NCBI GenBank assembly: GCA_965214605.1
Contig: OZ243961.1
Span: 1,728,001-1,792,000 of the forward strand
Direction of reading: 5' to 3'
DNA from: an uncultured Candidatus Binatia bacterium
GTDB lineage: Bacteria > Desulfobacterota > Binatia > Bin18
DNA: 64,000 nt
The notes below the pieces were generated by a model that searched no databases, was not told the DNA's origin, and saw only the letters and a program-made list of their open reading frames with translations. Of the stretch, positions 9,927 to 20,879 are shown piece by piece. The position numbers and the translations under genes are program-made. Positions within the stretch are counted from its first letter, which is position 1; the number at the start of each line of letters is the position of its first letter.

Positions 9927-11279
9927 TCATTGTTGCTTTGTCCGCATAGTCACAAACTCTTCAGCCGCAGTGGGATGAATCCCAATGGTGGCGTCGAACT
10001 GGGTTTTGGTCGCCCCGCACTTGATCGCTACCGAAAAGCCCTGGATAATCTCCCCGGCCTCGGGACCAACCATATGACAGCCCAGCACCCGGTCAGACGC
10101 CTGGTCAACAACGAGTTTCATAAACGTCCTTTCAGACCGCCCACTCAGTGTGTGCTTGAGCGGCCGAAAGGTCGAGGTGTAGACGTCGATGGCAGGGTAG
10201 CGTTGTCGCGCGTCGTCCTCGGTCAGACCGACCGTGCCGATCGGCGGATGACTAAAGACCGCGCTGGCCACATTGGTATGATCGGGCTCGGTCGGCCGGT
10301 TGTGAAACAGGGTTTCGGCTACAGCCTGGCCTTCAGCAATGGCCATAGGTGTCAAATTCAGCCGATCGGTACAATCCCCAATGGCAAAGATATGAGGGAT
10401 CTTGGAGCGTGAGTAGGCGTCGACCGTGATCGCGCCGATATCGTTCATCTCCACTCCAACCGCTTCGAGTCCGATATTTTTGGTGTTCGGCAAACGTCCG
10501 GTGGCGTACATGATCAGGTCGGTGTCCAGACGCGTGCCGTCTTTGAGCGTGGCCGTGAGCGTACCGTTGTCGCGGTCAATCCGCGCGACATCGGCCTGGA
10601 AACGGAGGTCGATCTCACGTTTGCGCATCTCCTCGGCCAACACCCTGCGGACATCGGTATCAAAGCCGCGCAAAAACAACTCACCCCGGTACAGTTCTGT
10701 CACCTCAACGCCAAGGCCGTGAAAAATCGTGGCAAACTCAACCGCAATATAGCCTCCGCCAACAATAAGCACCCGTTTGGGCAGCCGGTCTAAATAAAAC
10801 GCCTCGTTGGACGAGATGGCGTGTTCAATACCCGGAATTTGGGGGAGATACGGCCAGCTGCCGGTCGCCACCAGAATATACTCGGCCGTATACCGCAGGC
10901 CATCAACGGCAACAGTATGCGGATCAAGCAGCCGAGCCCGGCCTTCGATAATCTCCGCTCCGGCGTTGGTCAGCAGGTTGCGGTAGATACCGTTGAGGCG
11001 TTCGATCTCAGCATTTTTATTGGCGACCAGAGTCGGCCAATCAACACTGCGGCGACCCACGGTCCAGCCAAAGCCGGCGGCATCTTCAAAATGATCCCGG
11101 AACTCGGCCGCATACACAAACAATTTCTTGGGAATACAGCCGACATTCACGCACGTCCCACCGAGGTAGCGTTCCTCGACTACGGCCACCCGTGCTCCGT
11201 AGGATGCCGCCATGCGGCTGGCTCGCACCCCACCTGAACCGGCTCCCAGCACAAACAGATCGTAATCATAGCGGCTCAT
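9927..11279 (-). CDS. gor: Glutathione-disulfide reductase
   Basis: [27 protein letters not shown] and [15 protein letters not shown] motifs. Confidence 0.95.
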   Translation of the reverse strand: MSRYDYDLFVLGAGSGGVRASRMAASYGARVAVVEERYLGGTCVNVGCIPKKLFVYAAEFRDHFEDAAGFGWTVGRRSVDWPTLVANKNAEIERLNGIYRNLLTNAGAEIIEGRARLLDPHTVAVDGLRYTAEYILVATGSWPYLPQIPGIEHAISSNEAFYLDRLPKRVLIVGGGYIAVEFATIFHGLGVEVTELYRGELFLRGFDTDVRRVLAEEMRKREIDLRFQADVARIDRDNGTLTATLKDGTRLDTDLIMYATGRLPNTKNIGLEAVGVEMNDIGAITVDAYSRSKIPHIFAIGDCTDRLNLTPMAIAEGQAVAETLFHNRPTEPDHTNVASAVFSHPPIGTVGLTEDDARQRYPAIDVYTSTFRPLKHTLSGRSERTFMKLVVDQASDRVLGCHMVGPEAGEIIQGFSVAIKCGATKTQFDATIGIHPTAAEEFVTMRTKQQ

Positions 11280-11373
11280 GCTCCCTGTCTACAATGAGAC
11301 GCCGGCCAAGTCCAGGGTTGGCGGGAAAACTGCCCTTGGACAGCCCGATTCTTTTCAAGAAAAAATCTGAATC

Positions 11374-11880
11374 CTACAGAGACCCCAGCGGCAGATAAAA
11401 AACCAGGCCCAGATAAACGGACGGGATACTCAGGGAAATCACCCTGCCAATTGATCTCGCCGGGTCGGCCTGAAGACAGAGATGAGGCTCCCCCCATCCG
11501 ATAGTGAGAAGAAACGCCTTGACCGGAGTCTTGTCCCTGTGAGGGGTGGTCCCCGGAGTCAGGAGAGCAAACCCGAAGCGGGGAAACGCAAAGACCGCCC
11601 TCCCACCGGCCGGCATGCTCCCGTGGAAGGAGCCCAGCAGGTCGAAAACGTCGAGGGCGATCAGTCCCTGCCGGGCCCCATCATTGTCGCGTACGATGCG
11701 GCTCAACGCCGGGGGCAGGGGCGAGTCCATTCTTGCGGGGACATCACGACCGTCTCCCAACAGACCACCCCGGAGTTGGTACGCCACAACGCACAGGACA
11801 ACCACGGTCAGGATAGCCAGGCCAAAGCCCAGCAGGATATTGCGCCGGGGGTCGGTGGTCTCCTCGGCTACCTTGGTCAT
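11374..11880 (-). pseudogene. Hypothetical membrane protein or gene remnant
   Basis: N-terminal transmembrane helix after a plausible AGGA-ATG; remainder has no recognisable family. Confidence 0.3.
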
Positions 11881-12542
11881 TCCTGCAATCGTCAAAAAGA
11901 ATCAGGGGGCAAAGGGCATTGCGGGAAAAGTGCCGGCCCAGCCGCTAGACAGGGCGTGTGTGGTTAAATTCCGCCGTTCAAAATAGGGCGCTGCCGAACA
12001 CCGGGAGGCCGGAGCGCGAGAGAGCGTGGTAGTCAGCAGCAGCTCAAACATGGCCACGATTTTGGCCCAATAATGCCGAGGGCAGTGAAAATCAGACAGG
12101 CAGCACGGTCATCGTCGTGGTGGTTGCGTGCCCGGATTCCAGTTTGACGAAACAGCTCCCTACGGACAGCGGGACAAAAATAAATTCGCTATTCTGGGTC
12201 ATGCCGCCCTCAACCCCTCACCGTCGGGCCTGGGCGGCGCCACGGCTTAGGGGACGACAGACCAGTTCTACGCAGCTGCAGGCTGACAATCGCCAGGCCC
12301 CGGGTTTCACCCTTGAACAGGCCAAGGTTCCAGTCGAAGTGCATCTTCAGAGAATGGCCCATTGCCGCTCTCCATAGCATCAAAGGCCCCAGACTCTACT
12401 CCCAACGATGTTCTATGAGCGGCGAGTTCCTCGCTTCACACCGCTCTACAAATCGCGCCAGCTAGAGCCGAAAAGTACGAAGGGAGATGCTTGCCACTAT
12501 GGGTTTTTCATCCCCTTTTTTTTATGGTTTACTGAACGTTCA

Positions 12543-13355
12543 ATGGACCGTTTTGATCTCGATACCGCCTACCAGCTCGCCCGGGCGGCGAGGGCGGCCT
12601 ATCCGGATCGGCTGCAAAGCGTCCCAAGCCAGCTCGGTGTGGAGCAGGTTACTCCGTTTGAGCGAGGCGTGGTGGCTGGTTTTGCCGGTCGCTGGGGGGA
12701 GAGTGTCGTGGTGGCATTTCGGGGCACGCCCATGCTGCATAAGGGCGGTCATCCACGCCAGCTAGCCGAGGCGTTAGTGACCGAGTTGGACACCGGTCTG
12801 ACACGTCAGCAGGGCGTGCCAGGGGCAATTCACCGCGGCTTTGCCCGCGCCCTGAGCGCCGTCAACACGATCATAGCCGAGGTCTTGCACATCTTGTTGG
12901 ACACGAGCCAAAATCCGCGCGTCTGGCTGGCTGGCCACAGTCTGGGGGGAGCGCTGGCCATCCTCGCCGCCCAAAACGTCTCTCGCCAATACGGCCTGTT
13001 GCCGTGCGTCTATACATACGGTGCGCCGCGGGTTGGCAATCACACTTTTCGGCAATATTACAAGCCGACCCATTATCGGCTTGAACGGCGCACGGACCTT
13101 ATTCCCTACGCTTTTCCGCTCTACACGACGGGATTTCTCCGACCCTGGTCACCCTTCTCGCCCAGCCTTCCAGGGATATATAAACATACTGGTATCCGGT
13201 GTTGTATAGACGGAGCGCGTCTTGAAATTGGGAGAACCTTTGCACCGCTCGTCGACCCGCTAGACATGGTCGCTGCCCGTCTCGGCAAAGAACACAATAT
13301 GGACACCTATCTGACCGACCTGCAGAAGAGACCTCGCATTACCTACGCCGAGTGA
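12543..13355 (+). CDS. Lipase class 3 family protein
   Basis: VAFRGT, IHRGF, GHSLGGALA nucleophile elbow, YTYGAPRVGN, C-terminal HNM. Confidence 0.85.
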   Translation: MDRFDLDTAYQLARAARAAYPDRLQSVPSQLGVEQVTPFERGVVAGFAGRWGESVVVAFRGTPMLHKGGHPRQLAEALVTELDTGLTRQQGVPGAIHRGFARALSAVNTIIAEVLHILLDTSQNPRVWLAGHSLGGALAILAAQNVSRQYGLLPCVYTYGAPRVGNHTFRQYYKPTHYRLERRTDLIPYAFPLYTTGFLRPWSPFSPSLPGIYKHTGIRCCIDGARLEIGRTFAPLVDPLDMVAARLGKEHNMDTYLTDLQKRPRITYAE

Positions 13356-14047
13356 GTGTGCTTGTGAAAAAGGAGACGTCTATATCGAGGGCGAACGTCC
13401 AGCCCCAGTGGTATCTGAGCGGCGAATACTGTGAGGCGTGCAGTTGCGATTACGTCTGCCCTTGCCTGTATACCAATCTGGAGGCGCTTCCCAGCCACAC
13501 GTCTTGCGTTGCACTGGGGGGCTATCACATTGATGCAGGACGGTTTGACGATATTGTTTTAGACGACCTGAATTTCGCCACAGTTGTCCGCTCTCCTGGA
13601 GCGATGATTCAAGGTGGCTGGGTGGTGGGCTTAATCGTAGACGAACGCGCCAACCCAGACCAGCGACAGGCTCTGAGCGCTATTGCAAGCGGCCGGAACG
13701 GAGGTCCGTTTGCGCCCCTCGCCCATTTAGTCAGCGATTTCCGTGGAGTCGAAGCGAGGCCGATCCATTTTATCAAGAATAGTGCCCATAGCCGCACGTT
13801 GACGATTCCCGGCGCTTTGGAGCACCTCGTTGAGGGAGTGGTAAGTCCGGTTGTTCCGAATGAGCCGCTTATGATGGATAATACGCTGCACTTCGCGAAC
13901 AAACGGATTGGTTTGGCCAGAGTCGTCCGCATGGTGGTCAACGCGTTTGGCATCAACTGGCAGGACACAAGTGGACAGGCCAACGGTCACTACACCGCGA
14001 TTCATTGGCGTAGCGACAGCGATACCCCACTCTCGCCCCGATCCTAG
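13352..14047 (+). CDS. DUF1326-like Cys-rich protein
   Basis: W.LSGEYCEACSCDYVCPC and IVDERANPDQRQAL motifs; 4-nt overlap with lipase stop. Confidence 0.8.
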   Translation: MSVLVKKETSISRANVQPQWYLSGEYCEACSCDYVCPCLYTNLEALPSHTSCVALGGYHIDAGRFDDIVLDDLNFATVVRSPGAMIQGGWVVGLIVDERANPDQRQALSAIASGRNGGPFAPLAHLVSDFRGVEARPIHFIKNSAHSRTLTIPGALEHLVEGVVSPVVPNEPLMMDNTLHFANKRIGLARVVRMVVNAFGINWQDTSGQANGHYTAIHWRSDSDTPLSPRS

Positions 14048-14072
14048 TCTTCTTTGCAGGATTGTGTGGAGC

Positions 14073-15815
14073 CTAGCGGGGGATAATCGGGAGCACGATG
14101 TGTGATGGTCGCATTGTATCGTGAAATACACGCTGCAGAGCCGGCTCTAATCGGCTCGCTTCCGCCGCTCCCTGTCCCGTCTGGGGATTTCGGTCAAAGC
14201 GGGGGAAATTCGAGCTGGCGATCTCAAGCCGGATACGATGGCCGACTTTGAACATATTGCTCGTCGCCCACAGGTCGATGGTATACTCGTACACCTTGCC
14301 CGGCGTCAGCAGTTTTGCCTCGGTCTTCGACTCTCGATAGCGCCCACGGATAATCCCATCGGTGAGATTGCGCGCGTATTCGTCCGGCGCGACGTCCACC
14401 AGCTTGGCGGTAAAGTCGGTATCGACCGCGCTCGTCGCCGCGTAGAGCGTCACGCTCAGCGGTCCGGTCACCTCAAGGTCCTGCTCCAAAACAGGACTGG
14501 TATAAACCAGCACATCCGCACGTTCTTCAATCCGTCGTTGGTCAAACGCTCCCCCCGGCATCGCGGCCGGCCAGCCTGTCACCGCCCCACCCCTGGTTGG
14601 TACTGGATCGCGCGGGTCTGAGACATACACATCGGCCGGTTCACTACCAGGAGCGTCAGGGCTGAGCAGTCCATCCCCGCCCAGACCGTTCGCCCGTCCG
14701 TTGCTATGGAGGTAGTACGTGGTGTACTGCGTGCGGGTCAGCGGCCATTCGTTCTCAGTCCGCCACGTGTTCTCTCCCATAGTAAATATGCGGACCGGTG
14801 CCTCGTCGATAATATCGTTGGGTTTGCCCTTCAGCCAGTAATCAAACCATTTGATATGCAAACCGTCTAAGTCCGCCGCAAGACTATGACTGGCAAAGCC
14901 GTAGTCAACATCGCCCACAACGTTCCCGAGCGGTAAAGTATGGTACCAGGGTCCAATGACGAGTTTTTGTCCTTGCCGAGCTTCGGGGGTCCCACCACAT
15001 GCGCGCATGCCGATGTAGTTTCGGAGCGTTCCGCCCAAGAAAATGTCATACCACCCACCAACGTTGCAGGCAGGCACGTTGACAGACCTGTGGTGGGCTT
15101 CAATGTTCCAGCGCGCCCAATAGTCATCATCATCAGGATGGGCTAGCCAATCGTAAAAATACGGAGCGGCATCGACCAAGAGCGGAAAGTCTTTGAGCGG
15201 CAGATGTTCAAACAGCTGTCGCAGCTGATCGATGCCTCCAATGAGAGCGTTCAGTCTTTCCCCGCTCTCGGGCTGTGTCTGAGTCAGACGCCCATACGTA
15301 TCGGGTGCCAACCGGGCCAATGTCCAGCTGGCGCTAAACCCCAGGGCAAAAGCCCCGCCCTGATACGTCCAGCCCTCATGGTAGTGCGAGGCCGTGATCA
15401 GCGGAAAGATGGCTTTGAGATGCGGCGGAGCGCTCATCGCCGCCAACCACTGGGTTGCTCCGACATAGGACGCGCCGTACATGCCAACCTGGCCGTCTGA
15501 CCAGGTTTGGGCCGCGCACCATTCAACGCTGTCGTAGCCGTCCGCAACATCATCCCGAAACGTATAAAACTCGCCCCCAGAGGCGTACCGACCACGGGTG
15601 TCCTGAATCACCACCGCATAGCCTTCCCTCGCCGTGCGGACGACGTCCAACATCAAGATCGCTCCGGCCAGCAGATTTTTGTTATACGGTGTCCGCTGAA
15701 GGATGACCGGATATGTCCCAGCTGTGGCCGGACGGTAGACATCGGCCCGTAAGACTGTACCATCCCGCATTGGGACGGGAACGTCTTTCTCAATAATGAG
15801 ACTTGATTGTGGCAT
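14073..15815 (-). CDS. CocE/NonD family serine hydrolase
   Basis: MRDGTVLRADVY, QDTRGRYASGG, GASY nucleophile, GGWYD, GPWYH and SSNFPRFDRN motifs. Confidence 0.92.
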   Translation of the reverse strand: MPQSSLIIEKDVPVPMRDGTVLRADVYRPATAGTYPVILQRTPYNKNLLAGAILMLDVVRTAREGYAVVIQDTRGRYASGGEFYTFRDDVADGYDSVEWCAAQTWSDGQVGMYGASYVGATQWLAAMSAPPHLKAIFPLITASHYHEGWTYQGGAFALGFSASWTLARLAPDTYGRLTQTQPESGERLNALIGGIDQLRQLFEHLPLKDFPLLVDAAPYFYDWLAHPDDDDYWARWNIEAHHRSVNVPACNVGGWYDIFLGGTLRNYIGMRACGGTPEARQGQKLVIGPWYHTLPLGNVVGDVDYGFASHSLAADLDGLHIKWFDYWLKGKPNDIIDEAPVRIFTMGENTWRTENEWPLTRTQYTTYYLHSNGRANGLGGDGLLSPDAPGSEPADVYVSDPRDPVPTRGGAVTGWPAAMPGGAFDQRRIEERADVLVYTSPVLEQDLEVTGPLSVTLYAATSAVDTDFTAKLVDVAPDEYARNLTDGIIRGRYRESKTEAKLLTPGKVYEYTIDLWATSNMFKVGHRIRLEIASSNFPRFDRNPQTGQGAAEASRLEPALQRVFHDTMRPSHIVLPIIPR

Positions 15816-16160
15816 AGAATCTTTCCCTTCTTCTGTGGGCCAGCCCGAGAGGTGCCGCAGCTGGACAAGAAAGTCAAATGTAGAGTATAGAGTCGGCAAG
15901 GCTCCCGGATTGTCGCCGGACCTGACCGTTTGCCGACAGCATTATGACACCGATGCCGTTTCTCACCACTCCCCTATGCGACCGACAACCTGAGTTGGTT
16001 CCGGTTGTCGAGTCACTGCTCACCAACACTGGCGCTGAGGACGGCGGAGCGTCCGTGCGGCAGGTCCTGCTGGACGAGATGGGGACGAAAACGCGCTCAA
16101 ATGGCAAGGAGTTATTATCTGGAGCCTCGACCATTAAGGGCGGGCAGGAGGGATACTGCT

Positions 16161-16766
16161 ATGAAAGTAAGCGGCGCGCTGGCCTGGCATCCTGACGTGG
16201 CTATGAGCCAGGAAGAAATCGACGATTTTCTGTCGGGACGCTGGGTCGCCCGCCTGGCCACGATCGGGTCCGATGGTTATCCGCACGTCAGCCCGTTATG
16301 GTACTACTGGGACGGGCGGTGCGTGTACATGGCGCTGACCCACACCCGTAAGCCTTGCAGGCATTTGCGCCACAACCCACGCTGTTCAGTGGCGATCGAT
16401 ATGGACGACCGACCGCTCATGGGCATGCGGAGCAATATGGCCAAGGCGGTTATTATCACCGGCCAAGCCGAGCTGGCCGAGGTCGGGTCGGGGAAAAAGG
16501 TCGCGATTGAGGCCGGTCCGTGGCAGGGGGAGTATAGCCCAGAACAGGTGGTGGCGATGATCACCCGCCGCTACCCGCTGTCCGCCCGCGACGGGGCACT
16601 CGGTTTCACCTTTGAATCCTACCGCGAACTATTCTCCCAACCGGGCATTGAACAGAGTCAGCTGTTTAAAGACAACGCCAGGCGAGTGGTAACCAAGATT
16701 ACGCCCAAGAGAATCCAGGCGTGGGATTTTTCAAAATCGCCCATTGGCACTGTAGACAAAGGGTGA
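16161..16766 (+). CDS. Pyridoxamine 5'-phosphate oxidase-like (split beta-barrel, putative F420/flavin) oxidoreductase
   Basis: EEIDDFL..RWVARLATIGSDGYPHVSPLWY, K...L..NPRCSVAID and C-terminal AWDFSK; AGGAGG RBS. Confidence 0.8.
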   Translation: MKVSGALAWHPDVAMSQEEIDDFLSGRWVARLATIGSDGYPHVSPLWYYWDGRCVYMALTHTRKPCRHLRHNPRCSVAIDMDDRPLMGMRSNMAKAVIITGQAELAEVGSGKKVAIEAGPWQGEYSPEQVVAMITRRYPLSARDGALGFTFESYRELFSQPGIEQSQLFKDNARRVVTKITPKRIQAWDFSKSPIGTVDKG

Positions 16767-16785
16767 AGCAGACGAGGAGGGGGTT

Positions 16786-18225
16786 ATGCTTGATCTTATT
16801 ATTAAAGGCGGACAGGTTGTCACTCCCCACGCCGTCGGGGAGATGGATATCGGTATTCAGGGTGAAAAAATTGCTGCCGTTGGCTGGTCTGGCAGCCTAG
16901 CTGCGGACGCCGGGCGGGAGATTGATGCGAGCGGCAAGATTGTCATCCCGGGCGGCATCGAACCCCACGCTCATATCGGCATTCCGGTGCCCAGCGAGTG
17001 GTCTGGCCTGCCCGATATCATGACCCAACCGCCGCAGGACGCCAGCCGGGCGGCCGCCTTTGGCGGAGTGACAACGATTGTCGATTTTGCTGGAGACCTG
17101 AGTCTGGAGGAAAAGGGCGACGCACCGGCGAAGTCGATTATGAGCGTACTCGAAGAACGCCGCGCGGTGTTCCGGACTCACGCCTACACCGACTATACCT
17201 TTCATTACATTCTGGCCGGTGAGGTCGCGCCGGAGACGATAGGCGAGATTGGTGAGGCCGTACAGGAGGGCGTGGCCAGCTTTAAAATCTTCACCACCTT
17301 TCATCCGATTCGGGTTCCCTACGGCCATCTGTCGGCCATCTTCACCGAGGTCGCCAGGCACGGTGGCATCATGGCCGTGCACGCCGAAGAGGACGAGGTG
17401 GTGCGCTATATGACCGAGAAGCTCAAGCGCGAGAAGAGAGCCCAAGGCTACAACCTGCACTTAGTACATAACAATCTGTCCGAGGATTTGGCCTTCCGGC
17501 ATATTATTCGGCTGGCTCAGCACAGCGGTGTGGGTATTTACTTTGTGCATACCACAGCCAAGGAAGGCGTGGCGGCGATTGCTGAGGCACGCAACGCCGG
17601 CCAGCCAGTGTACGGTGAGGCCTTGCACAACTACCTCGAGTTTACCTGCGAAGATTATAAAAAGCCCGGCGGGACCGCTATTCATACCTACCCGGCTATT
17701 AAGTTCGCCGATGACCGGGACGCGCTGATCGCCGGCCTGATGGATGGGCGGCTGTCCACCACCGCCACGGACGAATATACCACCCACAAGGGGCCCAAGC
17801 TCTGGGGTGACACCATTGAGACGGTGTGTGGCGGCCACAATGGGATTGAAACCCGCATCCCGGTTGCGTACACCAAATTTGTGGCCGAGCGTCATATGTC
17901 CCTGCAGCGCTTTGTGGACATTACCTCGGCCAATGCGGCCAAGCTGCTCGGACTCTACCCCCAGAAGGGGGCGATTCAACCAGGTAGTGATGCCGACCTC
18001 GTCGTGCTCGACCCCGCGCTGCAGAAGACCATCAGCCTAGACGATCTGCACGCGAACTCCGACTACAGCATCTGGGAAGGATTTGCCTCTCAGGCCTGGC
18101 CGGTCATGACCCTGCTGCGAGGCAAGGTCATTGTTGAGAATGGGAAATTGACGGGCAGTTCGACAGACGGCCGTTGGCTCAAACGGCGCGTGTCGGGGGA
18201 TGTGATATCGCGGCCGGCGCTGTAA
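16786..18225 (+). CDS. Dihydropyrimidinase/hydantoinase-like cyclic amidohydrolase
   Basis: PGGIEPHAH, AAAFGGVTT, SFK (carbamylated Lys position), VHAEE, ATD, GLYPQKGAIQPGSDADLV. Confidence 0.88.
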   Translation: MLDLIIKGGQVVTPHAVGEMDIGIQGEKIAAVGWSGSLAADAGREIDASGKIVIPGGIEPHAHIGIPVPSEWSGLPDIMTQPPQDASRAAAFGGVTTIVDFAGDLSLEEKGDAPAKSIMSVLEERRAVFRTHAYTDYTFHYILAGEVAPETIGEIGEAVQEGVASFKIFTTFHPIRVPYGHLSAIFTEVARHGGIMAVHAEEDEVVRYMTEKLKREKRAQGYNLHLVHNNLSEDLAFRHIIRLAQHSGVGIYFVHTTAKEGVAAIAEARNAGQPVYGEALHNYLEFTCEDYKKPGGTAIHTYPAIKFADDRDALIAGLMDGRLSTTATDEYTTHKGPKLWGDTIETVCGGHNGIETRIPVAYTKFVAERHMSLQRFVDITSANAAKLLGLYPQKGAIQPGSDADLVVLDPALQKTISLDDLHANSDYSIWEGFASQAWPVMTLLRGKVIVENGKLTGSSTDGRWLKRRVSGDVISRPAL

Positions 18226-18249
18226 CCGAGGCCAGCAAAGGAGGAGACA

Positions 18250-19140
18250 ATGAATCGGACTCTCACTGTTGCGGCCGCCCAGCTCGGTCCCAGTTCGATG
18301 AGCAAAAAGCAGACAGTGCAGCGGATGGTGCGCCTCGTTGAGGAGGCAGGGCGACGAGAGGTGGAGCTGTTGACTTTCCCGGAGCTGTCTCTGAGCCCAT
18401 ATTTTGCCACGCGGGTGCGGGATTCGTGGCACGACTTTTTGGAAACCGCGTTTCCTCCCGAAGGCACCCAGGCACTGTTCGCCACAGCAAGGCGGGCCCA
18501 GCTGCACTGGTTGTTGCCCTATGCGGAGCGGGAGAACGGCCAGGCCTACAACTGTGCGGCCCTGATCGACCCCGACGGCGCCCTCGTGCATAAATACCGC
18601 AAAGCCCATATTCCCGGCGTGGTTGAGCCGCGTGGGGAGGGACCCGATATTTTTGAAAAGCGCTATTTTGCCGAGGGAAATCTCGGCTTTCCGGTCACGG
18701 CGCTGCCCAAGGTCCAATTCGGCAGCCTCATCTGCTATGATCGGCGCTTCTCAGAGGCGTACCGGAGCTTGGCCCTAGGCGGCGCGGAGCTGATCTGCAT
18801 CCCGTATAACACCCCAACCTTTGGCCAGCCGCGTGAGACCGCGCACGAAACGGCCGAGATTCTGCTGCGTGCCGCGGCGATTGAAAACCAGCTTTTTATT
18901 GTGGCAGCCGGAAAGGCGGGTAGCGAAGATGGTTTGGAGTACATTGGGGGGAGTGAAATTATTGCTCCGACCGGTGAGGTGCTAGCCGAAGCCCAAACAA
19001 ACGGGGACGAACTGGTAGTGGCGACCGTTCAGTTACACACGATTGGCCAGCTAAAAGCAAAGTGGGATTTTTTGCCCGACCGTCGGCCCGAGCTGTATCA
19101 CAACTTGACACGAACACCCACACAAGGGGAGCGACCATGA
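18250..19140 (+). CDS. N-carbamoyl-amino acid hydrolase (nitrilase superfamily)
   Basis: Catalytic triad context FPEL / YRKAHIPG / ICYDRR; EKRYF; AGKAG.E; DRRPELY. Confidence 0.88.
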   Translation: MNRTLTVAAAQLGPSSMSKKQTVQRMVRLVEEAGRREVELLTFPELSLSPYFATRVRDSWHDFLETAFPPEGTQALFATARRAQLHWLLPYAERENGQAYNCAALIDPDGALVHKYRKAHIPGVVEPRGEGPDIFEKRYFAEGNLGFPVTALPKVQFGSLICYDRRFSEAYRSLALGGAELICIPYNTPTFGQPRETAHETAEILLRAAAIENQLFIVAAGKAGSEDGLEYIGGSEIIAPTGEVLAEAQTNGDELVVATVQLHTIGQLKAKWDFLPDRRPELYHNLTRTPTQGERP

Positions 19141-20003
19141 CTAGGGAAACCTATCAAATAGACGTTGAAGATGTTGAGTACCTCCGCCACGGCGACAAGC
19201 CGCTGTTGGCTCGCCTGTTCAAACCACGTGGCCGCGGACCATTCCCGCTCATCATTGAGTTGCACGGTGGCGCCTGGTGCCTGGGTGATCGGTTGATGGA
19301 CACGCCCATCAACGAACCGCTGGCAAAAAGTGGGGTGGTAGTCGCGGCGTTAGATTTTCGGGTTCCACCGGACGCCTCCTACCCCGGCTCGCTAGTCGAT
19401 ATCAACTACGCGATCCGCTGCTTCAAGGCGCAAGCCGCCAGCCTAGGCAGCGATCCTGATAAGGTCGGCCTCTTGGGCAGCTCCAGCGGCGCCCATCAGG
19501 CCGTCCTGCTCGCTATGCGGCCCCACGATGCCCGCTACTCGGCTTTACCCCTGCCGGCCGGTTCAATGGTGGTTGACGCCCGGGTGCAGTGCGTGATTCC
19601 GTGCTGGCCGGTCATCGATCCACTGGCCCGCTATCACTACGCCAAGAAACTTATCGCCGGGGGCAAACCCTATCCCGAGCTGGCCGACCTTGTCGTGCCC
19701 CTGCACGACAAGTACTGGAAGACCGAAGAAGCCATGGCCGAGGGCAACCCGGTGTTGGCGCTTGAGCGGGGAGAACAGGCCGAACTTCCGCCGGTCCTGT
19801 ACATCCAGGGCACCGAAGACAAAGCCCACCCCCGACCGGATCTCGATCGTTTTGTCGAGCACTACCGCGCGGCGGGTGGTCAGGTCCAGCTCGAGCTGTT
19901 CGAGGGCGAGGCCGAGGGGTTTGCCATTCGGAAACCCGATGCCCCCGCTTCCCGGCAAGCGATTGAAAAGATCATCACATTCGTGCATCAGCAGCTCAGC
20001 TAA
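19137..20003 (+). CDS. Alpha/beta hydrolase (HSL-like)
   Basis: HGGAW, GSSSG and QGTED motifs; ATGA overlap with upstream gene; the usual catalytic His position reads EAEGF. Confidence 0.8.
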   Translation: MTRETYQIDVEDVEYLRHGDKPLLARLFKPRGRGPFPLIIELHGGAWCLGDRLMDTPINEPLAKSGVVVAALDFRVPPDASYPGSLVDINYAIRCFKAQAASLGSDPDKVGLLGSSSGAHQAVLLAMRPHDARYSALPLPAGSMVVDARVQCVIPCWPVIDPLARYHYAKKLIAGGKPYPELADLVVPLHDKYWKTEEAMAEGNPVLALERGEQAELPPVLYIQGTEDKAHPRPDLDRFVEHYRAAGGQVQLELFEGEAEGFAIRKPDAPASRQAIEKIITFVHQQLS

Positions 20004-20020
20004 ACACAAGGGAACAGGAT

Positions 20021-20863
20021 ATGAAAAGCACGACGAGACTCCGACAGCTGTTAGACCAACCGGGGCTGCTTGTCTCCCCCGGGGCTCACGATGTGATGAC
20101 CGCTCGGATTATCGAGGCCCAAGGCTTCGAGGCCCTCTACCTGAGCGGTTTTGCCACCTCGGCCAGTATGCTAGGTATTCCTGATCATTCCCTGATTACC
20201 ATGACCGAACTGCTCAACCGGGCCCGAGACGTTGCGGCAGCGGTCGATATCCCCATCCTGTCCGACATCGACGACGCCGGCGGCACGCCGCTCAACGCCC
20301 GGCGGACGATCCGCCTAGCCGAGCAGGCTGGCATTGCCGGCATGCACGTTGAGGATTTGATCCCAGGCAAACATTTTACCGGCCATAAGGACAGGCTGTG
20401 CGCGGTGGAACAGGCGACGGACCGGATTAAAGCCATGACCGACGCGCGTAGAGATCCGGATTTTGTCATTATTGCCCGCTCTGACGCGATCGGCGTAACC
20501 TCCCTTGAGGACGCTATAGAACGGGCCACAGCCTACGCAGAAGCAGGAGCGGATGTTCTGTTCCTGCCCTATCTGCGTCTCGAAGACACCAAGAGGGCCG
20601 CTGAGGTGCTGCCCAAACCGCTCCTCAACGTGGTCATCGACACGCCCAAGGAAGCCCTTGAGGCAGCCGGTCTGAAGGTGGGGATTTATCCGGTCCAAAC
20701 TCTGTTTCTGGCCTACGTCGCCGCCCGAGATATGCTCAAGGAACTCAAGACCTCGGGCACCATCGTCAATTTCTCTGAGCGAAGCCCGTCCTGGGAGGAA
20801 TTCAACGAGTTTATTGGCACGACGCAGGCCACTCAGCTAGCGGAGAAGTATCACATTGTGTAA
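20021..20863 (+). CDS. Isocitrate lyase/PEP mutase superfamily enzyme
   Basis: PGAHD..TAR, YLSG, LGIPD, DIDDAGG, HVED, IARSDA and AYAEAGAD motifs. Confidence 0.88.
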   Translation: MKSTTRLRQLLDQPGLLVSPGAHDVMTARIIEAQGFEALYLSGFATSASMLGIPDHSLITMTELLNRARDVAAAVDIPILSDIDDAGGTPLNARRTIRLAEQAGIAGMHVEDLIPGKHFTGHKDRLCAVEQATDRIKAMTDARRDPDFVIIARSDAIGVTSLEDAIERATAYAEAGADVLFLPYLRLEDTKRAAEVLPKPLLNVVIDTPKEALEAAGLKVGIYPVQTLFLAYVAARDMLKELKTSGTIVNFSERSPSWEEFNEFIGTTQATQLAEKYHIV

Positions 20864-20879
20864 GGCGGCTTGATGGAAG

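Noticed and set aside
7774-11279. Glutathione-dependent formaldehyde detoxification cluster (GFA + ADH + gor)
   Set aside because: The ADH lacks class III (FrmA) features and no S-formylglutathione hydrolase is present; the genes are not one operon.
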